64,000 bases of DNA from Spirochaetota bacterium (GCA_026415295.1 JAOAHJ010000031.1:3098-67097); one strand, 5' to 3'; positions 28,680 to 39,302 are shown, numbered from the stretch's first letter. Notes: generated by a model not told the origin, from the letters alone. A program made the numbers and translations.

Positions 28680-28922
28680 ATGAAAATTACTTTTGAAGAA
28701 TTAAGAGATATGATATCTGAGAAATTAGGTATTGAGAAAGAACAGATAACTGAAAATGCTTCTTTTATTAATGATCTCGGAGTTGATTCACTTGAACAGG
28801 TTGAATTAATAATGGAACTTGAAAAAAAATTTGATATTACAATTCCTGATGAAGATCAGGATAAACTTGGGACTGTTGGTGATTTATTAAAATATTTAAA
28901 TTCAAAATTGGCTGATAAATAA
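28680..28922 (+). CDS. acpP: acyl carrier protein
   Basis: DLGVDSL attachment motif; acidic, 80 aa. Confidence 0.96.
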   Translation: MKITFEELRDMISEKLGIEKEQITENASFINDLGVDSLEQVELIMELEKKFDITIPDEDQDKLGTVGDLLKYLNSKLADK

Positions 28923-28952
28923 GCAGAGCTTCCCTCTGCTTATTTATTTTTT
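28915..28952 (+). terminator. intrinsic terminator after acpP
   Basis: 14-bp stem ATAAATAAGCAGAG/CTCTGCTTATTTAT, 5-nt loop, T-rich tail. Confidence 0.85.
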
Positions 28953-29097
28953 GTTAAAAAACGAATAAATAATATTAAAAAAATTCTTTATTTTTAAAAA
29001 TATTTTAATTATGATTATTAAGTTTATTAAAAATTTAATAAATTTTTTTTAAATATTTAACTAAATAATAAATAAATTATTTTATTCAGAGGGAATA

Positions 29098-30336
29098 ATG
29101 AAAAGGAAAGTTGTTATTACTGGTTATGGAATGATTACTCCTCTTGCACATAATGCAGATGAAACATGGGAAAAAGTTATTAAAGGTGAAAATGGTGTTG
29201 ATTATTTATTTGGATTGAGAAATATTGAAAAACTTCCTGTTAGATTTGGAGCTCAAATAAAAAATTATGATCCAGAGAAATATTTTAATAAAAAAGATTT
29301 AAAACAATATGACCTATTTACTCAGTATTCTTTAATTGCAACAAGAGAAGCGGTTAAAAAATCTGGCTTATTTGAAACTGATATAGATAAAAGTAAAGTA
29401 GGTGTTATTTTAGGAACAGGAATAGGCGGAATTCAAACCGTATTAAGTGAATTTGAAAATTATTTAAAAGAGGGTGAAAAATCTGTTTCTTTATATCTTA
29501 TTCCTAAAATGATTTCTAATATAGCTGCTGGTATAATATCTATGGAATTTGGATTAATGGGAGTATCTTATGCAATTTCTTCTGCATGTGCCTCTGCTGG
29601 GCATGCTTTAGGAGAAGCTTTAAGAAAAATTCAATATGGAGAACTTGATGCATGTATTGCGGGAGGTTCTGAAGCTCCATTTACAGATATTGCAATTATA
29701 GGATTTTCTCACCTTAGAGCTCTTTCAAAAGAGAATGATAATCCTAAAAATGCTTGTAAGCCTTTTGATAAAAATAGAAATGGATTTGTTATGGGTGAAG
29801 GAGCTGGGATAGTTATTCTTGAAGAATATGAACATGCCAAAAAAAGAGGTGCAACTATATATGGGGAGTTTGCAGGTTTTGGTGCTTCTTCTGATGCTTA
29901 TCATATTACAGCTTCACATCCAGATGGTTTAGGTGCTGCTATTTGTATGGAGAAAGCTATTGAAGATGCCAAGGTTAATAAAGAAGATATTGGTTATATA
30001 AATGCTCATGGGACATCCACACCAGTAGGAGATATATCTGAAACTAAAGCAATTAAAAAAGTATTTGGTGAACATGCATATAAATTAAATATATCTTCTA
30101 CAAAATCTATGCTTGGGCATTCTTTAGGAGCTACAGGAGCTATAGAATTTATTTTAACTTTATTAGCAGTATATTACGGAATAATACCACCTACAATTAA
30201 TTATCAAGAAAAAGATCCTGAATGTGATTTAAATTATACACCAAATGTTGCAGTTGAAAAAAAATTAAATGCAGCTATCTCTAATTCATTTGGATTTGGT
30301 GGACAAAATTCGACATGTTTGATCAAAAAGATATAA
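29098..30336 (+). CDS. fabF: beta-ketoacyl-ACP synthase II
   Basis: ACASAG (Cys), NAHGTST, STKSMLGHSLGA and NSFGFGG motifs. Confidence 0.96.
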   Translation: MKRKVVITGYGMITPLAHNADETWEKVIKGENGVDYLFGLRNIEKLPVRFGAQIKNYDPEKYFNKKDLKQYDLFTQYSLIATREAVKKSGLFETDIDKSKVGVILGTGIGGIQTVLSEFENYLKEGEKSVSLYLIPKMISNIAAGIISMEFGLMGVSYAISSACASAGHALGEALRKIQYGELDACIAGGSEAPFTDIAIIGFSHLRALSKENDNPKNACKPFDKNRNGFVMGEGAGIVILEEYEHAKKRGATIYGEFAGFGASSDAYHITASHPDGLGAAICMEKAIEDAKVNKEDIGYINAHGTSTPVGDISETKAIKKVFGEHAYKLNISSTKSMLGHSLGATGAIEFILTLLAVYYGIIPPTINYQEKDPECDLNYTPNVAVEKKLNAAISNSFGFGGQNSTCLIKKI

Positions 30337-31022
30337 AAATTAAAAATTTACTTAAAAAATTTAATCTTAATTGTGAGATTTTTGAAAAATATAAAGAAGC
30401 TTTTATACATAGATCTTATTTACAAATAGACAAAAATGTTATTCATAATGAAAGATTAGAATTTCTGGGGGATGCTGTTTTAGAACTTATAATTACTGAT
30501 TATCTATATGATAATTTTAATCTATCTGAAAATATTCTTACTCTTATAAGATCAAAAATTGTTTGTGAAAACTCTCTCTCACTTGTTTCTAAAAAATTGA
30601 AATTGGGAGATATTATTTATCTAGGAAAAGGAGAAGAATTAAATGGAGGAAGAAATAAAAGCTCAATCTTAGCTGATACTTTTGAAGCATTGATTGGAGC
30701 AATTTACAAATTTGAAAGTTATGAAAAAGCAAAAGAATTTGTATTAAAAAATCTTGAGAATAATATTAATAAAGTAGTTAAAGAAAAAAGTTTCTTACAT
30801 GCTAAAACACATCTTCAAGAGATAAGTCAGCATTTGTATAAAAAACTTCCACAATATATTATATTAGAAGAGAAAAAAAATAATAGTAGTTATAGATATA
30901 AAATTTTGCTAAAAGTTGGAGAAATGGAAGTGGGACCAGTTATTTCTGATTCAAAAAGGAAAGCTGAAAATGAACTTGCAATAATGGCAATTAATAAATT
31001 AAGGGAAGATCATTATATTTAA
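30315..31022 (+). CDS. rnc: ribonuclease III
   Basis: NERLEFLGDAVL, ADTFEALIGA and a C-terminal dsRBD. Confidence 0.96.
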   Translation: MFDQKDIKIKNLLKKFNLNCEIFEKYKEAFIHRSYLQIDKNVIHNERLEFLGDAVLELIITDYLYDNFNLSENILTLIRSKIVCENSLSLVSKKLKLGDIIYLGKGEELNGGRNKSSILADTFEALIGAIYKFESYEKAKEFVLKNLENNINKVVKEKSFLHAKTHLQEISQHLYKKLPQYIILEEKKNNSSYRYKILLKVGEMEVGPVISDSKRKAENELAIMAINKLREDHYI

Positions 31023-31071
31023 ACAATAAAAAAAATTAATAGTTATAATATTGATTTAAGAAATATTAAAT

Positions 31072-32346
31072 ATGTATAATATATTTTCAGGTAAAAAAAG
31101 AGAGATTGTCAATGTATTTAATAGTAATACTTTTAATATTAATTCTGTTCTAATTATAGGAAGAGAAAAAACAGGAAAGTCTATATTAGCTTTTAATATA
31201 GCTAAAAATTATTTCAATGAAAAAAATCTAATTGATGTTTTTTTTAATCCAAATTTTTTATATCTTTGTAAAAACGATTCTAATAAAGAAATTCAACTTT
31301 TAATTAATTCAATAAAAAATTATTCTGATAGATTGCATAGTAACTATGATCAAAAAGAGAATGATATAAATTTTTTAAAAATATTTGTATATAAATTAAT
31401 TTTTCAATATTATAAAATTTTAAGTCAATATTTTTATAATGTTTCCTCTGTTAAAAAAGAGTTAAAAGGAAAGGAACTTGAAGAATTATCAAAAAGCTAT
31501 TATAAGTTAAAAGATATTTATATTGAAATATTTAATAATAATTCTGAAATATTCAAAGAACATATAGATTATTTATTACTTTTGTCTACTGAAATTAGAG
31601 AACTATTTGATAACATTAAATTAGAATATATATATATTCAGGAAATATTTAATATTCAAAAGTGGATAAATGAAAAACCATTTAGTGAGAAAAAGTTAAT
31701 AATTATTGAATCTGTTGATAAAATGACTGTTGAAGTTGAAAATGCTTTTTTGAAAACTCTAGAAGAACCGAAGGAAGGAACTAAGTTTCTATTGACAACT
31801 ACAAATAAAGAAAAATTATTACCAACTATAATATCAAGATGTGTTAAATATAATATTGATAAAATAGATGAAAGAGAGATTAAAGAAATAATAACAAATG
31901 AATGGGGAGAAAGTTATTTAAGTTTTCTTAATTTATATATTTATGATTTTAAGAGATTTTTTGATATTACAGTAAATGAAGATAAAGGTAGATATATTAA
32001 TCAAAAGGCAGAAGATTTTATTAATGAGTTAATTATAAATGATGTAAGTATTTCAAGGTTTTATAAAATTATTTATGATAAAACTATATTTGAAAACTTA
32101 GAATTATTTTTAGATGAATTAATAATATCATTAATAAAAAAAATTAATAATGAGGATATAAATCAAAAGTTTACAGAAATTAATATAAATTATTTTAATT
32201 TGAAAAATATATTAAATTTTATTGAGAAACTAAAATTTCTAAGTAAAGAAGTAAATTTTTCAATTGAGGATGGTTTAATTTTTTTAGTTCTTAATAAAGA
32301 AGATATAATAAATGGAGTTATTGATGGAATCAAGTTTATTTTATGA
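31072..32346 (+). CDS. holB: DNA polymerase III delta'-like clamp-loader subunit with a large insertion
   Basis: GREKTGKS, IIIESVDKM, NAFLKTLEEP and LLPTIISRC motifs. Confidence 0.8.
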   Translation: MYNIFSGKKREIVNVFNSNTFNINSVLIIGREKTGKSILAFNIAKNYFNEKNLIDVFFNPNFLYLCKNDSNKEIQLLINSIKNYSDRLHSNYDQKENDINFLKIFVYKLIFQYYKILSQYFYNVSSVKKELKGKELEELSKSYYKLKDIYIEIFNNNSEIFKEHIDYLLLLSTEIRELFDNIKLEYIYIQEIFNIQKWINEKPFSEKKLIIIESVDKMTVEVENAFLKTLEEPKEGTKFLLTTTNKEKLLPTIISRCVKYNIDKIDEREIKEIITNEWGESYLSFLNLYIYDFKRFFDITVNEDKGRYINQKAEDFINELIINDVSISRFYKIIYDKTIFENLELFLDELIISLIKKINNEDINQKFTEININYFNLKNILNFIEKLKFLSKEVNFSIEDGLIFLVLNKEDIINGVIDGIKFIL

Positions 32347-33508
32347 GAAAATAATATCTAATATCGAGAAATTATCTATAAACGATTTAAAAAAATTGTT
32401 AAAAAATCTTTATTCTGAAAAAATATTTTTTGTAAAATTTCTTGATGAAGTAGATGATGGTATAATTATTATAGATAAAAATTATAAACTATTGTATATA
32501 AATAGAAAAGCTACAGTTATATTTAAAAGGAATTACCTTGAAGAAATAAGGGATGATTTGCCTGACATTATTATTAATGAAATCAATAATTTGAATGAGA
32601 AAAATAAAAAAATAAAAGGAATTGTTTTGCCCATAAATATATTAAAAGAAAAATATTTGTTTGAATTTAATCTTTATTTTTTGGGAGAAGCATTTAATAA
32701 TGCGATTGCTATAATATTTTATGATATAAATGCTAAATACTTAAAAGAAAGAGAGGAATCTATTTCTAAAGCTTTGTCAAATATTATAGAAATGACATAC
32801 ACTTTTGCACATGAAGTTAGAAACCCTCTCACATCTCTTGATTTAAACCTTCTTCTATTAGGTAAAGAATTACAAATTATTATAAAAGAAAATGAGAAAT
32901 GTATAAAATGCAAGGAAATTATAGATGATAAAATTGAAATTTTAAGAAATGAAGTTAAAAGAATTAATAGTATTGTAGATAAGTTTTTAAACACTACTAA
33001 ACCATTAAAACCAAATTTTCAAAAAGTTAAAATTAATGAAGTTATTGAAGAAACTTCAAAAGTCTTAATAAATGATTTTATTTCTAATAATAAAAAATTG
33101 TCATTATGTTTAAAGAATGATCTTGAAGAAATTTTTTTGGATCCAGATCTTTTAAAACAGATTATTATAAATCTTGTTAAAAATGGGCTTGATGCTATTA
33201 ATAATGTAAAAAATGGAAAGGTTATAATTAAGACTAATTCTGATGAAAAAAATATTTATATAGAAGTAATTGATAATGGTGAAGGTATTCCTCAAGAAAA
33301 TATGGATAAATTATTTATGCCATTTTTTACTACAAAGGCAAATGGTACAGGGCTGGGGCTTACAATAGTATATAGAATAATTAATAATATGGGTGGACAA
33401 ATATATGTTAAGTCTACTTTAAATAAAGGAACAACTTTTAAAATAGTATTTCCAAAAAGTAGATTTAAAAATATTAGTATCCCATTTTACGAAGAAAAAA
33501 TTGATTAA
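32312..33508 (+). CDS. cytoplasmic PAS-HisKA-HATPase sensor kinase (NtrB/Hk2-like)
   Basis: AHEVRNPL, NLVKNG, DNGEGI and FFTTKANGTGLGL motifs; PAS-like N-terminus; true start may be ATG 32324 (SD GGAG). Confidence 0.9.
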   Translation: MELLMESSLFYEKIISNIEKLSINDLKKLLKNLYSEKIFFVKFLDEVDDGIIIIDKNYKLLYINRKATVIFKRNYLEEIRDDLPDIIINEINNLNEKNKKIKGIVLPINILKEKYLFEFNLYFLGEAFNNAIAIIFYDINAKYLKEREESISKALSNIIEMTYTFAHEVRNPLTSLDLNLLLLGKELQIIIKENEKCIKCKEIIDDKIEILRNEVKRINSIVDKFLNTTKPLKPNFQKVKINEVIEETSKVLINDFISNNKKLSLCLKNDLEEIFLDPDLLKQIIINLVKNGLDAINNVKNGKVIIKTNSDEKNIYIEVIDNGEGIPQENMDKLFMPFFTTKANGTGLGLTIVYRIINNMGGQIYVKSTLNKGTTFKIVFPKSRFKNISIPFYEEKID

Positions 33509-34037
33509 AATATTTATCTAAAATAATTACATAAATTAAAATTGATAGAAAACCAACAATTATACCTGCTAAGATTTCCTCTATTTTATGAATTTTAAGT
33601 AAGAATCTTGAAATTAAACTAAGAGAAAATATAATTAAAAATAAAATCAAAATTAAAATTTGATTAATATCTTTTATTTTAATTATAAATATTTTAATTA
33701 AATCTCTTATTAAAAAATTATTATTAATAAAAATGTTTTTGTAATTTTTAAATATTGAAGTTAGCAATATAAAAAAAATCAATATAATACAATTCGAAGA
33801 GTGCCCTGAAGGTAACCGATATTTGTCAGGTATTAAGAATCCTACAGGTTTTCTTTTTTTATTAAAAACTATTTTTAACAAATAAGTTATTATAAAATTA
33901 AGTCCTGATAGAAAAACAAAATTTAATGTAAATCTTACATTTGTCAAAAATATTAAAATAAAAAGATAAATTATTGAAAAGTACCTAGAAGATAAAAAAT
34001 TAAGAAAAATTAAAATATATAAATATATTTTTTTCAA
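33474..34037 (-). CDS. PAP2-family membrane phosphatase
   Basis: K..RKP, PSGH and SRxxxxxH motifs; convergent overlap with the kinase gene. Confidence 0.85.
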   Translation of the reverse strand: MKKIYLYILIFLNFLSSRYFSIIYLFILIFLTNVRFTLNFVFLSGLNFIITYLLKIVFNKKRKPVGFLIPDKYRLPSGHSSNCIILIFFILLTSIFKNYKNIFINNNFLIRDLIKIFIIKIKDINQILILILFLIIFSLSLISRFLLKIHKIEEILAGIIVGFLSILIYVIILDKYFNQFFLRKMGY

Positions 34038-34084
34038 ATTACGAATAGTTAAAAAATATTTTAATATGAAGTATTAAAAAATAT

Positions 34085-35308
34085 TTAATTAAAAAAATAG
34101 AAAAAATAGACAAGTGTAAATATATCATTTAGTAAATTTTTTATATAACAATACTCATTGGGTTGATGTGATGTATTATCATTTGTACACCATGCAATTG
34201 CAGGTATTTCATTAATCCTGAAAAATGAAGCTGTAGTAAGTTTTCCATGTCCTCCAATTCTAATATCAATTTTCTTTAATTCTTTTAATACAGATGTAAA
34301 GTTTTTAATAAAATATATGTCTTTGTTCAAGGGAGGAGGTGATTGAAATTTAAATGGGAAAGTTATTTTTAGTTTTATATCATTAAGTTGTTCAAATTTG
34401 TTTTTGAGTTCCTTAATTTCACTAATTATTGATTCAACATCATATACTGGTAATATTCTACAATCGATAAATAGCTTAGTGTATCCTGGAATAGTATTAA
34501 AATTATCAATATTTGAATTTATGTAAGTAGGTTCAAATGAAGAATAAGGATTTTCAAATGTTTTATCATAATCATTATATTTATTGTAAAGAAAATTTAT
34601 TAATTCATTAGCAAAATTAATAATAGCTCTAGTACTGTTTTTCCCTTTTAATGGATTTGAACTATGAGTCTGTTTCCCGAAAGCTTCAATTTTGAGCCAT
34701 AATACAGATTTTTCAGCTATTTCTATAAAAGCACCATCTGCAGAACCTGAATCTAAAACTAGAACCATATCATCCTTATTGAAAATATTATTTTGGAATA
34801 AAAATTTTATTCCATGCTCAGACCCAGTTTCTTCATCAGAAACAATTAATAAGGATAAATTATATTCAGGCAAAATATCAAGTTTATCTAAAATAATTAG
34901 AGTAAAAATACCTGTAGTTATACTTTGTTTTGTTTCTGAACCTAATCCGAAAATTCTATTAGAGTTTTCAATAGGTTCAAAAGGGTGATACTTCCATTCT
35001 TTAATATCACCTTCACCTACTGTATCCATGTGTGTAACAATATAAAAACATTTATCTTTTCTTCTACCATTTAATGAAGCAAGTATATTGTATCTATTAC
35101 CAAGTATTAAATCTTCGCAAATAAATGTTTTTGTATTAATTGCTCTATAATTAGATAAATAATCTAAAATAAATCTAGCAAGTGTTTTTTCACCTGGTCC
35201 ACCTAATCTTGGGTTAATAGAGTTAATTCTTATTATTTCTTTCAAAAAACTGATTATATCTGTTTTATGTGATTCTATCTGTTTTAATATTTTATCCTTT
35301 ATATCCAT
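34085..35308 (-). CDS. M20-family metallo-hydrolase (DapE/ArgE-like)
   Basis: THMDTV, SDEETGS, VLDSG, IAEKS, QTHSS and HQPNE motifs. Confidence 0.88.
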   Translation of the reverse strand: MDIKDKILKQIESHKTDIISFLKEIIRINSINPRLGGPGEKTLARFILDYLSNYRAINTKTFICEDLILGNRYNILASLNGRRKDKCFYIVTHMDTVGEGDIKEWKYHPFEPIENSNRIFGLGSETKQSITTGIFTLIILDKLDILPEYNLSLLIVSDEETGSEHGIKFLFQNNIFNKDDMVLVLDSGSADGAFIEIAEKSVLWLKIEAFGKQTHSSNPLKGKNSTRAIINFANELINFLYNKYNDYDKTFENPYSSFEPTYINSNIDNFNTIPGYTKLFIDCRILPVYDVESIISEIKELKNKFEQLNDIKLKITFPFKFQSPPPLNKDIYFIKNFTSVLKELKKIDIRIGGHGKLTTASFFRINEIPAIAWCTNDNTSHQPNEYCYIKNLLNDIFTLVYFFYFFN

Positions 35309-35359
35309 AAGAAATCCTACTTAAAATATAAATTGAAAATTTTTGTTCTTTATTAATTT

Positions 35360-36049
35360 CTATTTATTATAAATGATTTTAAAAATTTCTTTCCATCTAA
35401 TTTTTTTAGTTTGTGGATCAATAGAAAAATAAACGATAAGTGGTGCTGAAAAAATATTTTCTCTAGGCAAAAATCCCCAAACTCTAGAATCTGCTGAATT
35501 ATCTCTATTATCTCCCATAACAAAATATTGATTTTCAGGTACAATTATGGGTCCAAAATTTGGTCTTTTAATTTCAGGGTGATTTTCATAAAAAGGATCT
35601 TGTATAAATTGAACATAAGGTTCATTAAGTGGTTTGTCATTTATAAAAACAGTTTTGCCAATTATTTCTATTTTATCCCCAGGTAAACCAATTACTCTTT
35701 TTACAAATATTCTTTTTGGATCTACTGGATATTTGAAAATAACAATATCTCCTCTTTTTATTTTTTTTAATCCTGGCATTTTCAAGTTTATTATTGGTAT
35801 ATATCCTCCATAAACTAATGGTGAACCAAAAAGTAAAGACCCTGTCATTATAGTTTTTTCCATTGATCCTGTTGGGACATAATAACTAGAGAATATCAAA
35901 GGTCTTATTATTAAAAGAAATAAAACCAAAATAATTAAAATTTCTCTAATTAGCACAATAAATTTTTCAAAATTATTAAGATCATCATATTTTTTATTAG
36001 TTTTTCCAATGAAAATTTTAAAGTAATAAATAAATGAATTATTTTTCAT
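35360..36049 (-). CDS. lepB: signal peptidase I
   Basis: PTGSMEKT (Ser), FVKRVIGLPGD (Lys) and MGDNRDNSADSR motifs. Confidence 0.96.
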   Translation of the reverse strand: MKNNSFIYYFKIFIGKTNKKYDDLNNFEKFIVLIREILIILVLFLLIIRPLIFSSYYVPTGSMEKTIMTGSLLFGSPLVYGGYIPIINLKMPGLKKIKRGDIVIFKYPVDPKRIFVKRVIGLPGDKIEIIGKTVFINDKPLNEPYVQFIQDPFYENHPEIKRPNFGPIIVPENQYFVMGDNRDNSADSRVWGFLPRENIFSAPLIVYFSIDPQTKKIRWKEIFKIIYNK

Positions 36050-36401
36050 TTTTCAACCTCAATATTACTTATTAATTTAAGAAGATTAAATATAAAAAAT
36101 TAATTTATTTTAATTAATATAAAAATGAATAAACTTAAATAAAGTTTATAAAAATATTTTTTTTTTACAAGAAATAATATTTTTTATTTTTATTTTATTA
36201 TTTTAATATTTTTTAAAATATTATTTTTTTATTTGATTTAATGATATTGAAAATTTAATTTAAAAGATTAAATAAAATATATTTTTAAAAAGTAATTGTT
36301 TTAAATATATTTATATATATTATTAAATAGGTATTAATAATTTTTATTGTTTATTACTGATTGAATTTAATTAAATAATTGGATAAAATCGGAGCTTTTT
36401 T

Positions 36402-39302
36402 ATGAAAAAAAGAATTGCAATTTTATTTAAACTAATGTTAATATTTAATATTATATTTCTTTTTTCATTTTATTCACCTTTCACAAAGTTAAAAAGAATA
36501 GAAACTGAGAACTATTATGTATTTTATCCTGAAAAATTATCAAATCTAATTGATAGTGATCTTTTAAGTTTTATGGAAGAAAGTTATAATAAACTTTCTA
36601 AACTATTTAAGTATAAGTTTAAGTATAAGGTCAATGTATATTTTTCTGATTCTGAAAAAGTTGCAAATGGATTTAGTAGTCCTATTGGAAGGGCTACAAT
36701 TTATATTATAACAACTCCACCACCAATAACTATGTCTTTTGGTAATATGAATGAATGGTTAAAATATGTTTTTTATCATGAATTAACTCATCAATTTTCA
36801 TTAGCTCTTCAAAATCCGTTTCTTGAGTTTCTTGCAGGATTGTTTGGAAACATATTTTTAATGAATGGCCTTAATAATCCTTCTTTTATGATAGAAGGGG
36901 TTACAACTAGCTTTGAAAGATTAGATCAAGAATATGGAAGAGTATTTGAGCCAGAAATAAGACAATATGTTATGCAGGATATTATAGATAAAACTATAAG
37001 AGATCCTTATAAACTTGAGTTAACATATAATGATGTTTGGCCTTATTATAGTTTGATGTATTGGTATGGAGGATTATTTTCCTATTTTTTGCAACAAAAA
37101 TATGGAATGGAAAAATATATAAATTATTGGCAAAATACTCTTAATATTAATTATGAAGAAGCTTTCAAAAAAGTTTATGAGAAAACTCTTCTTGAACTAT
37201 GGGAAGAATTTTATGAAGAAATGAAACCTAAATTTGAAATAAAAATTAATACAAATGATTTAATGAAGTTTAAAAATAGAAATTTTATTAATAAAGGAAA
37301 ACTTATAAAAGATGGAGATTCTGTTTATTATTATTATTATAATATTAATACTCGTTCAATTGAAAGAATAAATGTTAAAAATAAAAAAATAGAAATTGTT
37401 ATTAAAAATATTATGAATTTTTTTAATTTCGAAGTTTCTGAAAATAATGAAAGAATAATTCTTTCATATGTAGATTATTTATTTTATAATAATATAGCAA
37501 TAAAACATAAAATATATGACATTAAAAAAAGAATCTATTTAAAATCAGAATTAAGTAAACTTATAACATTAAATGAATTAAATTTTTATGATGATTCATA
37601 TATGTCAGGTTACATAGGCATTGATATTAGTAGATCTTTTACAGATCTTATATTTATAGATAAAAATGGAAATAGAAAAGTTCTTTTAGAAGGAAATAAA
37701 TATTTTTATATTTCAAGACCAATTCAAGTAGATAAAAATATTTATTTCTTAGCTTTATATAGAGGAGTAAAAAACTTATATAGTTTTAATATGAAAGAAA
37801 ATAAACTTACAAAAATAGATACTTATGCAAAAAACATTAATAATTTAAATAGTTTTGAAAATAAATTGTTTTATTCTTATAACAATGATTATACTATGAA
37901 CAAATTTGGATTTATTGATTCAGCAAATAATATTGAAGTTGATTATCTAATTAATTATTCTGGAGGTTTTTTTGATCCAGTTATATTTGATAATATAGTA
38001 TATTATATTGGCAGATATTCTAGATTCTGTAGAGTTCAATTTTTAAAATTAGATGAAATTAAGAAAGATTTAAATAAAAAAGAATTAGTGAAAATAGAGT
38101 TTGATTTAAATAAAGGTAAAGTTTTAGATTATCTTGAAGAAGAATATAGAAAGATAAAAAAGATTTCAAATGACAAAGAATCACAAAAAGAATCGGAAAC
38201 AAATATAGTTATAAATAATAAAGATAAACTAATTAAGAAATCAACTAATACAATTTATCCATTTGAAAAGTTTACTTTAATTCCAGATCTTAGACTACCA
38301 TATATGATGATGAGTTCTATTAATGAGGATTACTATTTTGGTGGTTTAGGGATAATGTTTGGGTGGATGCATAATATTACAAATTCAGAATTTTTTATTA
38401 ATTTTGCATTCAATAAAATAGAAGATAAATTTTATCCATCAATAAGTTTATTTTCATTGTTAAATTATGTTAATCCTTTAACTATATTAATTTATTTTGA
38501 ATATTCACACAATATAAATATTTTAGATAAAATTTATAATAATGTAGATAATTATAATAGACTTTTAAATGGAGAAGTTCAAATAGGTTACTATAAATAC
38601 TTATCTTTGCCTTCTAAATTAAACTATTTATTTTTAAATTCTATTTTTGGATATTATAAATTATGGGAATATAGTAATAAAGAATTTAATTTTGATAAAA
38701 GTTTATTTTACTTTGCAGGAATATTTAACTATTACCATGATTTAGGAATAAAAACAGGGGTTGATATTTTATCTATAGAAAATAATGTTTATTATTCTAC
38801 ATATATTAATGCTATTGGCTTGAATGAAAGCAATATTAAGTATGAAAATAAAATTTCTTTGAACTTATCAATTTTTAATATTCAATTTAATAATCAATTT
38901 GTAATTTCTAAAAATAAAAATTTAAAATTTATACATAAAAATGATTTTTACTACCTAACAATACTTGATAATTTTTATGATTTATACTACTCACAGTATA
39001 TTCCACAAAATATAAATTTAATGAATTATTTTGAAACCAATTTGATTATTTTAAGTGGTTATGTAAATAACTTTTTGATTAATTTAATAGGAATAAATAA
39101 TGCTTCTGTTAATGCAGGACTTAGATACTATTTAGCAGGAAATACAGACATTGATATAAGAAATTTTATTAATGATTATTTTGTTTATGGAAATTTAAAT
39201 TTAATAAGCTACAATGTTGTAAATATAACATTTAATATAAGTTATTCTTTTAAGAAACAGATATGGCTATTTTATTTTAATTTTGCTTCTCAAATTTTTT
39301 AA
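36402..39302 (+). CDS. exported 966-aa protein: gluzincin-type metallopeptidase, putative beta-propeller and putative beta-barrel
   Basis: Signal peptide; HELTH...IEG zinc motif; aromatic/beta-rich middle and C-terminus; terminal Phe. Confidence 0.7.
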   Translation: MKKRIAILFKLMLIFNIIFLFSFYSPFTKLKRIETENYYVFYPEKLSNLIDSDLLSFMEESYNKLSKLFKYKFKYKVNVYFSDSEKVANGFSSPIGRATIYIITTPPPITMSFGNMNEWLKYVFYHELTHQFSLALQNPFLEFLAGLFGNIFLMNGLNNPSFMIEGVTTSFERLDQEYGRVFEPEIRQYVMQDIIDKTIRDPYKLELTYNDVWPYYSLMYWYGGLFSYFLQQKYGMEKYINYWQNTLNINYEEAFKKVYEKTLLELWEEFYEEMKPKFEIKINTNDLMKFKNRNFINKGKLIKDGDSVYYYYYNINTRSIERINVKNKKIEIVIKNIMNFFNFEVSENNERIILSYVDYLFYNNIAIKHKIYDIKKRIYLKSELSKLITLNELNFYDDSYMSGYIGIDISRSFTDLIFIDKNGNRKVLLEGNKYFYISRPIQVDKNIYFLALYRGVKNLYSFNMKENKLTKIDTYAKNINNLNSFENKLFYSYNNDYTMNKFGFIDSANNIEVDYLINYSGGFFDPVIFDNIVYYIGRYSRFCRVQFLKLDEIKKDLNKKELVKIEFDLNKGKVLDYLEEEYRKIKKISNDKESQKESETNIVINNKDKLIKKSTNTIYPFEKFTLIPDLRLPYMMMSSINEDYYFGGLGIMFGWMHNITNSEFFINFAFNKIEDKFYPSISLFSLLNYVNPLTILIYFEYSHNINILDKIYNNVDNYNRLLNGEVQIGYYKYLSLPSKLNYLFLNSIFGYYKLWEYSNKEFNFDKSLFYFAGIFNYYHDLGIKTGVDILSIENNVYYSTYINAIGLNESNIKYENKISLNLSIFNIQFNNQFVISKNKNLKFIHKNDFYYLTILDNFYDLYYSQYIPQNINLMNYFETNLIILSGYVNNFLINLIGINNASVNAGLRYYLAGNTDIDIRNFINDYFVYGNLNLISYNVVNITFNISYSFKKQIWLFYFNFASQIF

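Noticed and set aside
34920-34965. Frameshift or pseudogene in the M20 gene
   Set aside because: The reading frame is continuous and the protein is full length; only the residue loss is reported
36050-36401. Long, nearly pure A/T intergenic region as hidden ncRNA, CRISPR or mobile element end
   Set aside because: No regular repeats, stable stems or terminal inverted repeats; consistent with a divergent promoter region
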